DNA of 64,000 nucleotides from Leucoraja ocellata (Eukaryota): contig JAWMAR010000200.1 in assembly GCA_036785375.1 (NCBI GenBank), positions 3,782,001 through 3,846,000 of the forward strand. Direction: 5' to 3'. A program made the translations under genes and the position numbers. Every line of letters starts with the position of its first letter. Position 1 is the stretch's first letter. Below, one piece after another: positions 10,746 through 23,867 of the stretch. The notes under the pieces were generated by a model. That model did not search any database and was not told the origin of the DNA. It saw nothing but the letters and a program-made list of their open reading frames with translations.

Positions 10746-13119
10746 ACGAGCAGTCTAGAGATATTTTATTTTCTTCAAATGCAAACCCACATTATCCCAA
10801 CACATTACTAAACTAGTGATGCAAAATGGAACATTTTTTAGAACAACATAATGTCACATTTAATTAAAATGGTTAAAATAGTTACACGTTGGCTCCCCTT
10901 TCATTCTGTATTCCAGTAAGCACAGTTGTTTTCTAAAAGCAGTTACTGCCTCTGCAATTGACACTCAAGCCTTTAAAGATTCATTATAATGTATGATTGA
11001 AGCTTTACAGCTGGAAAGGGGAAGTCACAACTAGAGTCTTTTTCATTCCAGGGAGCTCTTTTCATCTTTAAAAAGGCAACTTGTCCTGCTGTTTCAAACA
11101 AAAATGTTCACATATTGTCATTACAAATGTTGATTTTCTTTATGTGATACTGCAGTTAGGTCTCCTCAAGAAATGAGATTTACTCTTTATTCTTTTGAAA
11201 GGTTTACAGTTCATCTGAACATATCATGACAGAACATCTAATTCAAAACTCTTTTTCCAAAGTTTGGTTGCGCACCAAATAATGTAATTGTCTTTTATTT
11301 TGCCTTAGTTGTTTTTAACTGAAACTTAAATATTATATTTTTAATAACAAATTTGGTGAAAAAGCACGCAAGAGTTGCATTGTTACAATAAAAGATTTGT
11401 ACCTCACATTTCCTCCTGAATTGTCGACTTGAAAAATTGGGAGCAATTGAATGAGTAGGGGAATGTCACTGTCATTTTTCATATGGCCCCTTTGTAACTA
11501 TCTTTAAATAGATAGCTACATCCTCAACCCCAAAAGCCTTTTTCCATTGCGACATAATGTTGTGGGATGCGTGTGAAGTGCATCTAACTTGATTTCAAGA
11601 CCTGGAGTTCCACTTCTGGATTGTCCAGGTAGGATAGGGATGAGCTGATTTGAACCTTGGGCTATAATTGCTCAAGTTCCAGTCCGTAGTTACATGGAAA
11701 AGTTCAAAAACGATACTTCCAATTTCTGGCCTTATATTTTTTCTACTATGTGATAAAGAATAAATTCTTAGTTTTTCCAGAACTGTTGTAACTCACCCAT
11801 CACCAATTGCAGTAAAGAAAAGGAATATTGCCAATGGTTGAATGTAATCTATAAAATTCCACTTGAATTTGTGGATCTGTTGATTTAATTTTAGATTATT
11901 TTCAGCCTGGTTGCAACTCATATAGAAATCTGGTAAATCCATTATATTTCATTTCATTTTTTCCTATCTCTTAATCCATAAAAGGAAAGATCATCTAATC
12001 ATTACAGACTTAACTGAAATTTCTTTCCTTAGGGTGTGGTTTAAATCTTGTTCTCATTTAGAGTTTGGGTTCCTTGTATGGTAGTTAACTTTCCCATGAT
12101 ATAAATGCTTAATTACAGTTCAGCTGATCGTACAGGCTTTTCTGATGGAATGCGAAATATATTCAATTTATTTTTCTTGTTAAACATCCATGGTGTTCAA
12201 TGATCTTTATTTATACATGGCTCAAGTTGTTATCCCAAATTATTTATGATTGCAGATTTTTACCTTAATCATAAATTATTTTTACCTCTTCAAGCTGTAA
12301 AGGTTAAAATTCAAGACCAATATTGAACATTTTGAAAAAGTGGCATCCTGGGAAAGCACATGAGAATAGAACAAGGTGAAAAACCTTTCAGAAATCTGGC
12401 ATAATTGCAATTGGACAATTATACTTGCTGTTAAAATGCTTTTGTATTTCAAATTTCCATGGCACAACATTCATGATAAATAATTTGTGTCATAGCTGGT
12501 TCCTTTTCCCTTAGCTTATCATTTGTATACATAAGAATAATTATGCTCAGTCTCAGTAGAGATTTTTATCACTGCCACCTTCTCTCCTATTTAAGCAATA
12601 CTTAAAACTCAGTCTCTTCTGTCTAACGACGTCCCCCCCTAAGTTTCAAATGGGTTTTTTTCATCCATCTTTTGGAATGTTATTGATATAAAGCCAATTG
12701 GCATATTGAATTTGTTTTTATTGTGCCCAAAAAGTAGAAGATCGCTATAGGAAAATGATAGTACATAGAATTTTGTTTCACTCTTTAACTAAACCAACTC
12801 CTCATTGCACAGGAGTTAAATTAGTTTCTACGTTTAGAAAATAGAACACTATGAATACAAAACCTAAAAATGCCAAAGGCCAGAGCTTCTTTTCAGCAGG
12901 AGGCAACCTGCACATTGCTTATCTATGTTATAGTTTGCAACTGCCAGCATCACCTTGCTCGTTTGTGCAGTAATGTTTCAAACAGGCCAGAACTAGCCTG
13001 TTTGAACTATTTCACCAGTTAGAGCAAGTTCCATGGCCATCCTCTTGTCTTAGCAGAATGTCAAACTAAATAGATTTGGTGTTCATGGACTCGGTTTGAC
13101 CAGGCATATGCTCAATCTA

Positions 13120-13435
13120 GTTTTGTTTAGTTTAGTTTAGAGATACAGTGCGCAAACAGGCCCTTTGGCCCACCGGGTCCCAGCCGACCAGCGATCCCCG
13201 CATATTAACACTCTCCTACACACACAAGGGACATTTTTTACATTTACCAAGCCAATTTACCTACATACCTGTACGTCTTTGGAGTGTGGGAGGAAACCGA
13301 AGAGTTTGGAGAAAACCCACACAGGTCACAGGGAGAACGTACAACCTCCATTCAGACAGCACCTGTAGTCGGGATTGAACCCAGATTTCCGGTACTGTAA
13401 GGCAGCAACTCTACCGCTGCGCCACCATGCCACCC
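13120..13435 (-). mobile_element. HE1-type SINE
   Basis: Same head, core and tail as 2703-3007. Confidence 0.85.
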
Positions 13436-13448
13436 GAGTTATTCCCTG

Positions 13449-13573
13449 GTGTGTAGGAAGGAACTGCAGATGCTGGTTTACACCAAAGATAGACACAAAA
13501 TGCTGGAGTAACTCAGCGGAACAGGCAGTATCTCTGGATAGAAGGAATGGGTGACTATTTGGGTTGAGACCCT
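13449..13573 (-). mobile_element. Penelope pLTR unit with tail, truncated within the hammerhead
   Basis: GGAAGGAACTGCAGATGCTGG..GACACAAAATGCTGGAGTAACTCAGCGG..GAATGGGTGAC. Confidence 0.75.
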
Positions 13574-15831
13574 AGTGTGTTCATGCTTTATCGCGGGACA
13601 CCATGCAAAATCTCCTATGAAGCATTATGGGCAAAATTTTAGAGTTGAACAACTAGTGAGTTCGGTACATTCATGGACACATATTGGCACTTCTCGAGTA
13701 GTCAAGTAGTTGGCAGTACTAGATAGTTCTGGTCTAAATGTGAATATTAAACATAGATTTCAAAGGTGCCAGTCTTGTATGTTAAGAATATTTCATGGAC
13801 CCTTTTTGGCTCTCCAAATTCTCATTGACTATTAGGTGGCCAATATTATGAATGGTGGTGGTGGTGGGGGGGGGGTGGGGGGTGGGATAGATAGATAGAT
13901 GTGTTCTGGGAATTGGTCAACGCTTTGGAAGTATGTTTATAAAATGCATTCATTGTCTGGTATTTCAAGCTAATTCTGCAGCATTTCGGTTTTAAATGAT
14001 TTATCAAAATGAAAGGAAATTCAGGCTGCTCCACCTCTTGACAAATACTTCAGAGGAAGTAAAAGCTAGCTCTTTATAAATGTGCTCTGACAGCAGTGAG
14101 CTTCACCTGCTGGTGCCTGCAGTTTTTTTGTTGAGAAAAATGTATGAGTGCAGGTTCATACAACACCTTTGTATTTCCCTGGCAGGCACAGCCTCCAGGC
14201 TAGTGTCCTTGCCAATAGAATAATTCAGAATTATTGCAGAGCTTAAATTATTGTGGATTCATTATTTGCTTGGACAGGAGTGTTTATTTTCTTTCTGTTA
14301 TTCTGATACATAGCTCTTGATCGAGACTTATTCAAAAGTGAACTTGTGGACGATATGTTGCTATCCCAGCCAACAGTATGTCATGTGAGAACTCTGAAGC
14401 ATTCAAGGTTAACAGGTAATGGGGTTATGGCTTGAATTTTGTGGCCAACAGTAAACCATAGTGACCTTGAATGAAACATTTCTAATTAAAGTCTAGCAAT
14501 CTGTATTGAGGCGGAGTACTGCTTCATTGATTTTGGTTGCGAGCAGATACCAATTTGAGCGAATCTCTGGTAAACCAGCATCAATAATATCACCAAGCAA
14601 ACTAAGTAGCCAAACACAAATAAGAATTTACACAACTTGGAAACTTGCAAAAGCACATTTGTTTAGAAGACCTGATATAAAGTGAACACTCCGGCAAGTT
14701 TATAGAAGTTGGAACCATTTTAAAGTTTAAAAATACCAGCATCATCTTAAAATTCATTGAAATTTTAAATATTTATCTGGCGGAATGCTCATCCACAATT
14801 TATTTTGTGGGTAGTGGAGGTTGTTCAGCAAAAAAATATATTGGTCGGCCATGAAAAGTTTTTGGACTAGTTATGTGTGGCATTTTCCATTGAGAATAGT
14901 TTGTAAATATTTAAAATGTTAGGTTATGGATTTGTGTGCGTGGTGCATGAGAGTTCCAAAACAACATCCTTTCGAGGATTGGCGCAGCCTCTTTCTCCAC
15001 TCACTGGCTTCTTATTTTGCTGGTGTTGACTCTCTGTCCCATTTAGTATCAAACATAAGGAAGAGAAGCATAAGTAGTTGATCCAGCCCTTTGACCCGGC
15101 TCCATTGTTCAGAACATTAATGTCTTGTCTAAACTTGGCTTCAACTCCACTTGCCTGACTCTTTCCCATAAACCTTGAATCCCCTGTAGACCAACAAATC
15201 TGTCTATTTCAGCTTTCATTGCACCATTCCAGAGATCCAGATCCCTCTGAGGGAAGAAATGTTTCCTCATGTCGGGGAGGAGCAGGTTCGAGGAGCTAAG
15301 TGGCTTCCTCCTGCTCTTCTTTGTCACTTATTCTGTAGTGAATCAGTGAGACTGTATCCTAAAACTATGCCCATTATTCTAGATTCCCTCAAATAAAGAA
15401 AAATAAGAAAATAAACTTACTCTCAGCATTTAAATTGAGAAACTCTTTCAGAATGTTATGTATCCAATCTCAGAACTGATTTTCATCTCATATTTCTTTC
15501 ATTTCAATCCGAGGCCATTCTTAACTTCCTAACTTTGAAATATATTGATATTCTTAGTTGTCGAGTTTTTCCTCATTTGAATATATTTTTGTTCAGAATT
15601 ATGACATTAGCACAATATTGCAGATGGATGTTGTCTGGGATGGAATGTTTTACGAGAAAAGACTCTGTAGATGGGTTTGTTTTCCTTAAAAGAGTGGAAG
15701 CTGTATGGAGACCTGAAAGGGGTATACTGAGTTATGGAAGACATTGATAGGATAGATAGAGAAACATTTCCCCAGGCAGAAATGCCATGTCTAATCTGTA
15801 TGAAGATTAAAGGAACCTGTAATTATTACAG

Positions 15832-15922
15832 GTAGACAAAAATGCTGGAGAAACTCAGCGGGCGAGGCAGCATCTATGGAGAAAAGGAATAGATGAACAT
15901 TTTGGATCGAGACCCTTCTTCA
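15832..15922 (-). mobile_element. Solo tail-less pLTR/hammerhead unit with TSD
   Basis: ~91-bp unit flanked by AATTATTACAG (15821-15831) and AATTATTCCAG (15923-15933). Confidence 0.7.
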
Positions 15923-16412
15923 AATTATTCCAGTAGCTTTTTTTGTCAGAACCCCACTCTAAGTGACTGATGCCCTATACCAATGTGGCTACTGCTATGG
16001 GATTTATAAAATACTCCCATAAATGAATTATTTCCCTTGCTCTTTTTTTACCTCTGCACAAAAAGTCTGCTTTTCTGTTTGGATTTCAAATTTGCATGGT
16101 TTTGCTATTCATGAATAGTTTCTCAGGTCAGAGGACAGTTTTATCCAAATGTCACTTGAGACCTCGGCTCGTTTCATATATATTAATGTCTGCATGGGGG
16201 ATACATTTCCAAGTTCCGAGATTTAAAAAAACCTGGGAAAATAGTAAACAATGAAGAGAACAGTAACAGATTTGTGTTGGCCCAGATAGATAAAGAGGGC
16301 AAATGGCACACAGATGTGGAGAAATTATGTCAAACATTTTTGCAGAAAGGATGAGGATTAAATGTTACCATTTAAAAGGATATATGAGCAGAGACACTTG
16401 GGGGTAGGTATA

Positions 16413-16552
16413 CAGTGCATTCAGAAAGTATTCAGATCCCTTCACTTTTTCCACATTTTGTTATGTTACAGCCTTATTCTAAAATTGATTAAATTCTTTT
16501 TTTTTATCATCAATCTACACACAATACCCCATAATAAAAAAAACAAAAGCAA
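16413..16552 (+). mobile_element. Tc1-like transposon terminal fragment (left-facing end)
   Basis: TA|CAGTGCATTCAGAAAGTATTCAGATCCCTTCACTTTTTCCACATTTTG; TA target; inverted match to 57503-57662. Confidence 0.85.
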
Positions 16553-16615
16553 GAATGTCCTTCCTCAAATGAGGGGACCAAAACTGCACACTATACTCCA
16601 GGTGTGGTCTCACTA

Positions 16616-17030
16616 GATGGTGGCGACTAATCCTTCCAAGATGGTGGCGGCAGCCAAAGTTAGGGGCAGAATTATGCTGGTGAGTGAGCTGCGGCTTACC
16701 TCCGTCACCTTAGGAGGCGCTCTGGGTATTCTGGGGTTGGCTGTGAGATGCATTCTGGGGCACAGAGGCTGAGTGTGGCGAGGGGATCATGCGATCGCGA
16801 GTCGACGTGTCCACATCGAAGCATTGTTGGAGTGGACCGCTGGAGGCCCTGTAATTGCAACCCAGTGCCACCATCAGGACAATGGACATTTATGGTCAAG
16901 TTATGACTTTACAGTTTCAACAACTTTGAATGTGAATGGTACAAGATGGTGCTGGAAATATGGTGACTCTTGTGTACTGCCTCAGTGTTGTTTACTATTT
17001 TTACACTTTTGTACTTAAGTATGATTACTA
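16616..17030 (+). mobile_element. Degraded GC-rich SINE-like or non-autonomous retroposon
   Basis: Local GC/CpG-rich stretch with repeated CAAGATGG(T/C)G YY1-like motifs and an AT-rich 3' part; no family assigned. Confidence 0.3.
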
Positions 17031-17257
17031 TACATCCCCAGGCCAATCTCCCAAACACAGAGGCCCAAAATATACTTTATTGGCTCTTATGTGCATGTCA
17101 ACTTGTTCATATGCCTAACACAATTGTTGTGACACAGGCTTGTGACACATGCACCCTATTCCAAGCTCTGTCAATGTAAGAGATTACCAGCCTGATAGAA
17201 GAAAACATTCAAGGATATTCTCAAAGCTTTTTTGTAAAATAAATCTATCCCCTCTTA

Positions 17258-17591
17258 TTAGTTTAGTTTAGTTTAGAGATACAGCGTGGAAACAGGCCCT
17301 TCGGCCCACTGAGTCCACACCGAATAGCAATCCCCACACCATAACACAAGCCTAGGCACACTAGGGACAATTTACACGTACCAAGTATACAAACGCAAGC
17401 CAATTAACCTACAAACCTGTACGTCTTTGGAGTGTGGGAGGAAACCGAAGATCTTGGAGAAAACCCACGCTATCACGGGGAGAACGTACAAATTCCGTAT
17501 AGACAGCACCCGTAGTCAGGGTGGAACCCGGATTTTCAGCGCTGCAAGCGCTATAAGGCAGCAAATCTACCACTGCGCCACCATGCTGCCC
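17258..17591 (-). mobile_element. HE1-type SINE (well preserved)
   Basis: (TTTAG)n tail, CR1-like 3' segment, central core and tRNA-like head GGGCAGCATGGTGGCGCAGTGGTAG. Confidence 0.85.
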
Positions 17592-18633
17592 TAAATTCCC
17601 TATTCTTGGGAATCTCTGGACCAAGACCATTTGGAGTCGAGACAAAGCATTTAGGATGGCACTGAGAATCTCAAACCCATGTTTCAAGAACCCACAGAAG
17701 CCAAGTATAAACGGCTGAGGGAGCACACCACTTCACCATCCACCTGTCCCATTAGGTATCTCCTGCTGTCCTATGGAAGAGGCTGTTATTCCATACTGGT
17801 CTCATCTCTCTAAGTACCCACGGACAAGATTAGAAGCATCGATCCCGAGGGACAGTCTTTGAAGTAGTCTGTTGCAGAAAAACGGAACAAATTATACATA
17901 ATAATTTCATTCTTTGCTTTAATGCAAATAAATGTAAAAATTGTAAAAATCTAAAAGAATGCGGGGGAAATTGAGAGATTTTGAGAGTGATTATATTTAA
18001 GAGAAACTTATGTTGAGTCAACAAAATTTGGTGTCAGTAAATGTAAAAATAGCCTAAAATGCACGAGTATTTCCCATGCAATTAATTTCATTAAGTAGAG
18101 CAGAGTCATAAAATCAGGAGGGAGAGAATTGGTACAGAGAATTTTATGATAATTGCCTTTCAATAATACTAACTCACATTATTATAATACAGTGGGCTGT
18201 TCAATTAGTGAAGTGCTTAGTTCATTAATTTGCCAAAGGAGGAATTAAAAATGAAACTTATGCATTATTTTTCACTTATCTGTGAATTCAACTCTCAATC
18301 ATTTAGTGCATTCTGGGAATCCTCAAGATGTTAACTATCTTTACAACACAAACGGGCAGAAAATTAATAGTTTTCAAACATGTTATGTATTACACTGTCC
18401 ATCTTTGAGGCTGCATTTCAGACCAAAGGATATTTGAGACTATTGACATTCCTCTCTAATATATGGTGGAATTGTATGGGCCTTGAATTCCACTATCTGA
18501 AAGATTGGTGGAAGCAGAAGCACATCACATCCGCGGCACTTGATTGAGCACTTAAATACCACGCTATATCTGAGACCTGGGAAATAATCAATGTGAACAC
18601 GATGGACTGAATGGCCTTGATTTATACTGTACC

Positions 18634-19423
18634 TTTGATTCCACCCTCTCCCTTGAGCCTCACATCCGCCATGTCATTAAAACCTCCTTCTTTCATCTCC
18701 GCAACATCACCAAACTCAGACCCTCTCTCACACCGCCCGCTGCTGAAAGACTCATCCATGCCTTCATCTCCTCCCGACTGGACTATTGCGGCTCACTTCT
18801 CCTTGGCATCAGCTCCTCCTACATCAACCGACTCCAACTGGTCCAGAACGCAGCTGCCCGACTCATCACCCATACCAAGTCCTGGCATCACATCACTCCA
18901 GTCCTCGGGCAGCTTCACTGGCTTCCTATCTCCCACCGGATCACCTACAAAATCCTGATCCTCACCTACAAAGCCCTCCACCATCTGGCCCCCCCATATC
19001 TCACTGACCTCCTCTCCCCCTACCAACCCTCACGGTCCCTCAGATCCACACCACCTCTCCATCCACGTCCAACCTCCGCAGTTTTGGGGACAGAGCCTTC
19101 TCCAGGGCAGCTCCCAGGCTCTGGAACTCCCTCCCCCAACTGATCCGCAATTCCGTGTCCCTCACCATCTTCCAGTCCCGCCTCAAGACCCATCTCTTCA
19201 CCTCTGCCTATCCTTAGCCCCACGTGCCGTCCCTTTTCATCTGTGCATTAATTGCCTCATACTGTGTTTTGTACTGAATTCTGTATTTACTTTGTGTACT
19301 AGTCATGTCTCTACTATTTATTTCATTCCCCTTACATGTTTTTCCTCTACCTGCTAAACTTTTGTAAGGTGTCCTTGAGACTCTTGAAAGGTGCCCATAA
19401 ATAAAATGTATTATTATTACTAT
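18634..19423 (+). mobile_element. L2-clade LINE 3' fragment, relatively young
   Basis: Translates FDSTLSLEPHI..FFHLRNI..LIHAFISSRLDYC..LQLVQNAAARL..HITPVL.QLHWLP..LWNSLP; tail AATAAAATG(TAT)n; TACCTTT at 18630-18636 and 19424-19430; interrupts an older CR1 tail. Confidence 0.9.
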
Positions 19424-21924
19424 TACCTTTCCATGAACCTGTGATTCTGGCTCTGTAGCTCAACTCAACTGAGAACCTTGTTGTCTTTTCTGACATCATC
19501 CAGCAGACTATTTGTCTTCTCGAGGATACTTTTGCTCTGTTCCATTCTAAAATTGTCTCGAGCTATCAATTATGACGGCCTGTTGGCTGCATGCCACACA
19601 AAGAGGCAACTATGTGATATTGCAACTTAAATAGAGGAGGAGAAAGAGATCAAACCAACATCAGGAACCTTTTAATATATGGCAGTACAAGCATATCTGC
19701 TCCAACTACATTTAGAGTGATTACAATTTTCATGGATGACTGCACATTTGTTCAGATTAAACTCCACCTGCCATTTCTTCCAATTGATATAAACCCTGTT
19801 AAATCCCTGGACAACCATCCTCTCCATCTACAACAGCACAAATGTTGGTGCCATCTGCAAACTTACTGCTTCAGTTGCCTATATTATCATTCAAATCAAT
19901 CTATATTACAAACAGAGATCTTAGCACTGACCCTTGCTAAATACCAATGTTCACAAACCTCCAGTCAAATGCCCCTCAATCACTACCCTCTGTCAGGTTT
20001 GGATCTAATTTACCAATTCACTGTGGATCTAGACCAGCCTACTGTGAAGTTGAAATTCAGCTTGAAACTTGCGCCTGGAGTATTCTGCAATTACTGCAGT
20101 TTGTCAGAAGTATTTTGAAATGCTTATATACCTGTGTACCAAAATATTTTAAAAGCAAAATAGAATTCACAGTATGTCATGCATGAGCTGTTTGGAAATT
20201 AGCCTTTAATTTAAAACAATATCAAACATTCATTTCAAATCTGACTTAATGATAAGAATATTTTTTGCCATGTTACATATTTGAGTACTTAAGAGATGTA
20301 AAATATATTTTGGTATTGTTCCAGTGAGTGTTTCACTCTGTGAAAACCTAAAAATAAGAAATTATTACAGGCCAGATTATAAAGAAAGGAAAATAAAAAA
20401 CCTCAAAATCATATCATGGTCATCCTAAATCTAACTTAATACATTCATTTGAAATTCCTTTGCCTGCTGTTTGGTGAAGGACTAAACTCAGTTACTTCAA
20501 ACAAGCTATCCTTTATTCAATACTCACAAAAATTCAAACACAATTTCATTGCAGGCATGTTAAAATGATATGTCAGTTGTATATTTTATCATCTTTTCTG
20601 ATTGTTTGATATTGATATTCTGACCAGTCAAAGTACTCTCAGTGTAAAGATGTAGTTGATTCTATCAGTTGGTTTTTATGACATTCTGCATTTGGCTACT
20701 TGTAACAGGAATTCAATCATCTCCTGGATATTTTCAATTCACGAGTGATTCATTTTGCATATCAATTTCATGATTAATTGAATCTATGAAATGAGTACAT
20801 GATGGACACAATACAAGTGATAATTTGCACACAGCAAAGACTTCAATTGCCATGCAATCTATGGTGAATAAACTTGCTAAACTTAGAGAACAACTGTTGC
20901 CATTGAATAAAAATCGGTCGGTTTTTATAATACCAGGTATGGCTGGCACTTGTCGGCTGACTACTGGAATTGTAATTAAGTAAGTAGCATCATGAACCAC
21001 CATCTGGAAAGCAAGTTTATGCAGCAGATACAAACCCTGGACATGGTATTTAAATCACAGCCATGAGGCAATAAGAAAAAACAATGGATGCCTCGGTATA
21101 TTGCCAAGACGATGAGGTAATAAAAAAGAAATAAACTTTCTCTTGGAAAGATCCCATCTGGAATATTGTATTTGCTTTATGTCTTTGAAGGAGTCTCTGT
21201 ATCACTCTCCATCTGAGAGCAGAATCCAAGCAGATTCCATAATAACATGAAAAGATAAGCAACTGAAGGGGGAAATATGTCAGGGCACTGCAATGCACCC
21301 AGGGTCAAAGGGCTATTTGAAGAACTCTTTCAGAGGCATGAAAACCACATCTCTTTATTGTGCAACTTTATGAAAATTAACCGAGCATGTTACAAAGCCG
21401 TGAATTAGGAGCAATGGAAATCAGCACAGCAGAATATGTTGTATGGGTCAGATCAGCCATGCTCATCTTGAATGGCAGGAAGGTTGGAGCGGTCAAGTTG
21501 GCCTACTCTTTCTATTTTCTTTTGTTATGTGATCTTTAAACAAAAGTTACAAGATACACATAAGTAATAAATAACTGTTACTACTTTAAGCAATTTCATT
21601 CAATAGCCACAAGAGAAAACATTCTGTGAATTAATCTTGTGTTAAGCCATGGAAAAGTCAGTTATGATCTGAAAATATTTTCTCATACCTTATATTATGA
21701 TAATATTTGCCTTCAAATGGCAACTAACTTAGTGTTTTGATAATGTATTGAATCCTGCACAATAGCCTTGGGGAACAAACCACATATTCTGACACAGTCT
21801 GTTGCTCATGCACAACATTTTTCTTCTTCACTGACAACTTTTAGCAATTGTGTTGTAACAAGTTTATATCCTCTGTCCATGTTTCAGGATAACCTTTTCT
21901 TAACACTCACCTTCCCACTACTCC

Positions 21925-22036
21925 ATCCTGACCCAAAATGTTGCTTGTTCATTCCTGACACAGATGCTGCTTGAACCACTGAGTTCTACCAGCATTTGTG
22001 TTTTGCTCAAGATTCCAGCATCTACAGTTCCTTGTG
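21925..22036 (+). mobile_element. Old Penelope pLTR unit
   Basis: CAGATGCTGCTTG..CTGAGTTCTACCAGCATTTG..CCAGCATCTACAGTTCCTT. Confidence 0.6.
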
Positions 22037-22901
22037 CCCCTCCACTTCCCCTTTTATTATGAAGATAATTGCATAAATAACATGTGACACTTGATTTAAA
22101 AAAATTGAAATTCAGTTATCTAATGCTGAGGTGTTCTTCCTGTTTGTGCATGCTTCGGCTTGAGCATGTTTTTAAATGATTTGTCTCGACTATGAGCCGA
22201 TTCAGAGCAGTTTGACCAGCTGCACTGTACCGTGGCCAATTAGGATAATACAACTTAACATGGCTATGAAGACTGACATTTTGGAAATGGCCCTGCTTTA
22301 AATGGATTTATTGTGTTTGGCATAGATTTAAAGTCCAGTCTTTAATGTGGCTTGTCTGAGAGTTAAACAAGATTTCCTGCAAAATAAAAAAGGAATTCTG
22401 AATGTGCTGCATGCAACTTGTAGTTCTGGAAATGACATAGACATCTGTAGAGAAGAGTTTCTAAAATTGGAATCATATTTTCTTTTTTAAAAACTGGTGA
22501 ATACTCTTAAATACCTGTATGATCAAAGGAGCATGGATCCAAAAATATCAAACCGAGCTTGTGATTTGATTTAATTATCTATTCATAGACTAATATCTTA
22601 ATTTGTGAGAAAAACAACTTTATCTGATCCACAAGTCAGTTTTCTCCAAAGATAAATCAGAAAAATAAAGGATCAGCTACTTAACCGCGATAAGGTTGTG
22701 AAGTGCTGTATGAAGAGGCACTGAGCAGTTCTTGGCAATGTTTCCTCTTTCTTTAACTGAATAGTTTATTGAGTCAGCTAATATGTCAATTGAGCACAAA
22801 ATGAGCTAAATCTAGAAGTTGTAATTGATCAACTGCAGCTTTTGAGCATTTTGATCTGAAAATCATGTGCTCTAGTTCACAAATCATATTCTTATTGATG
22901 A

Positions 22902-23553
22902 CTAGACCAAGTGGGACCCGTTGGGACCCGTCCCTCAACACACACACACACACACGCACACACACTCTAATCACCCCCCACACACACACACTTAACTCCC
23001 CCTTGATATTATATTAATATTATTAATTCGCTCCTTTTCCCCCATCCCCCACCCTATCCACTCTCGCATAGCCCCTAACTGCGCAGGCGCGGCTACAGAG
23101 GGTGAGTGGGTAGAGAGGGAGGGGGAGTGGGCAGATAGGGATGGGTCTACCCCATCCCTCTCTGCCCCTCTCCATCTCCCTCCTTCTCTACCCCCTCCCC
23201 CTCCCTCTCTCCCCCTTCTCTACCCTCTCTCCCTCTATGCCCTCTTCCCCTATCTCTCTCTCTCTGCCCTCTCTCTCACTTCCACAAGGTCTCTACCCCA
23301 TCTCTAAATCAATATTTTGAAGCTGTTTTTAGAAGGTTAATAACTTGAGAAATATAGGTTGAAATGCGACGGGAAAATATGTATGCGGTCGGGGGAGAAA
23401 ATGTGAGTAGCATATGTGAAAATCGGAAGGCTGTGGCCAAGCGTTTGGAAGAAGATACAAATTAAGGAGATTAAAAGAAAGCCAACACAACTCTGGCTTA
23501 CACAGACATTTAGAATGTTGAGAACAGAGAGAAGAGTTTTAGTATAATAGAGA
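22902..23553 (-). mobile_element. Non-autonomous Helitron-like element
   Basis: Minus strand A|TC... to ...CTAG|T; subterminal hairpin GGGACCC-GTT-GGGACCC (one mismatch) at 22913-22929; internal (CA)n and C/T-rich tracts; no TSD. Confidence 0.75.
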
Positions 23554-23867
23554 TTTATTTTACAAGGTGCTGCACCACCAACCAATCCTCATAGAAGTCA
23601 TGTTAGCTTGTTTAATCTAGTTGAGAAAAATAACCTACACATGAAGCTCGAGCATTAGATTTTCCTTCCTTATGTACCATGATTTTAAGATGGTACAAAC
23701 TTTCAATAAGCTTTGTGCTGAATATTCCTCATGCAATGTGAAAAAAAAAATGCTCATAAATAATGCTACACACAAACATAGATTGAAAGTGTTCAGAAAT
23801 TAGATGTTTTATGGTAACATATCCGTAATGAATTAAGTTCTGAAATAACATGAAAATGACATTTATG

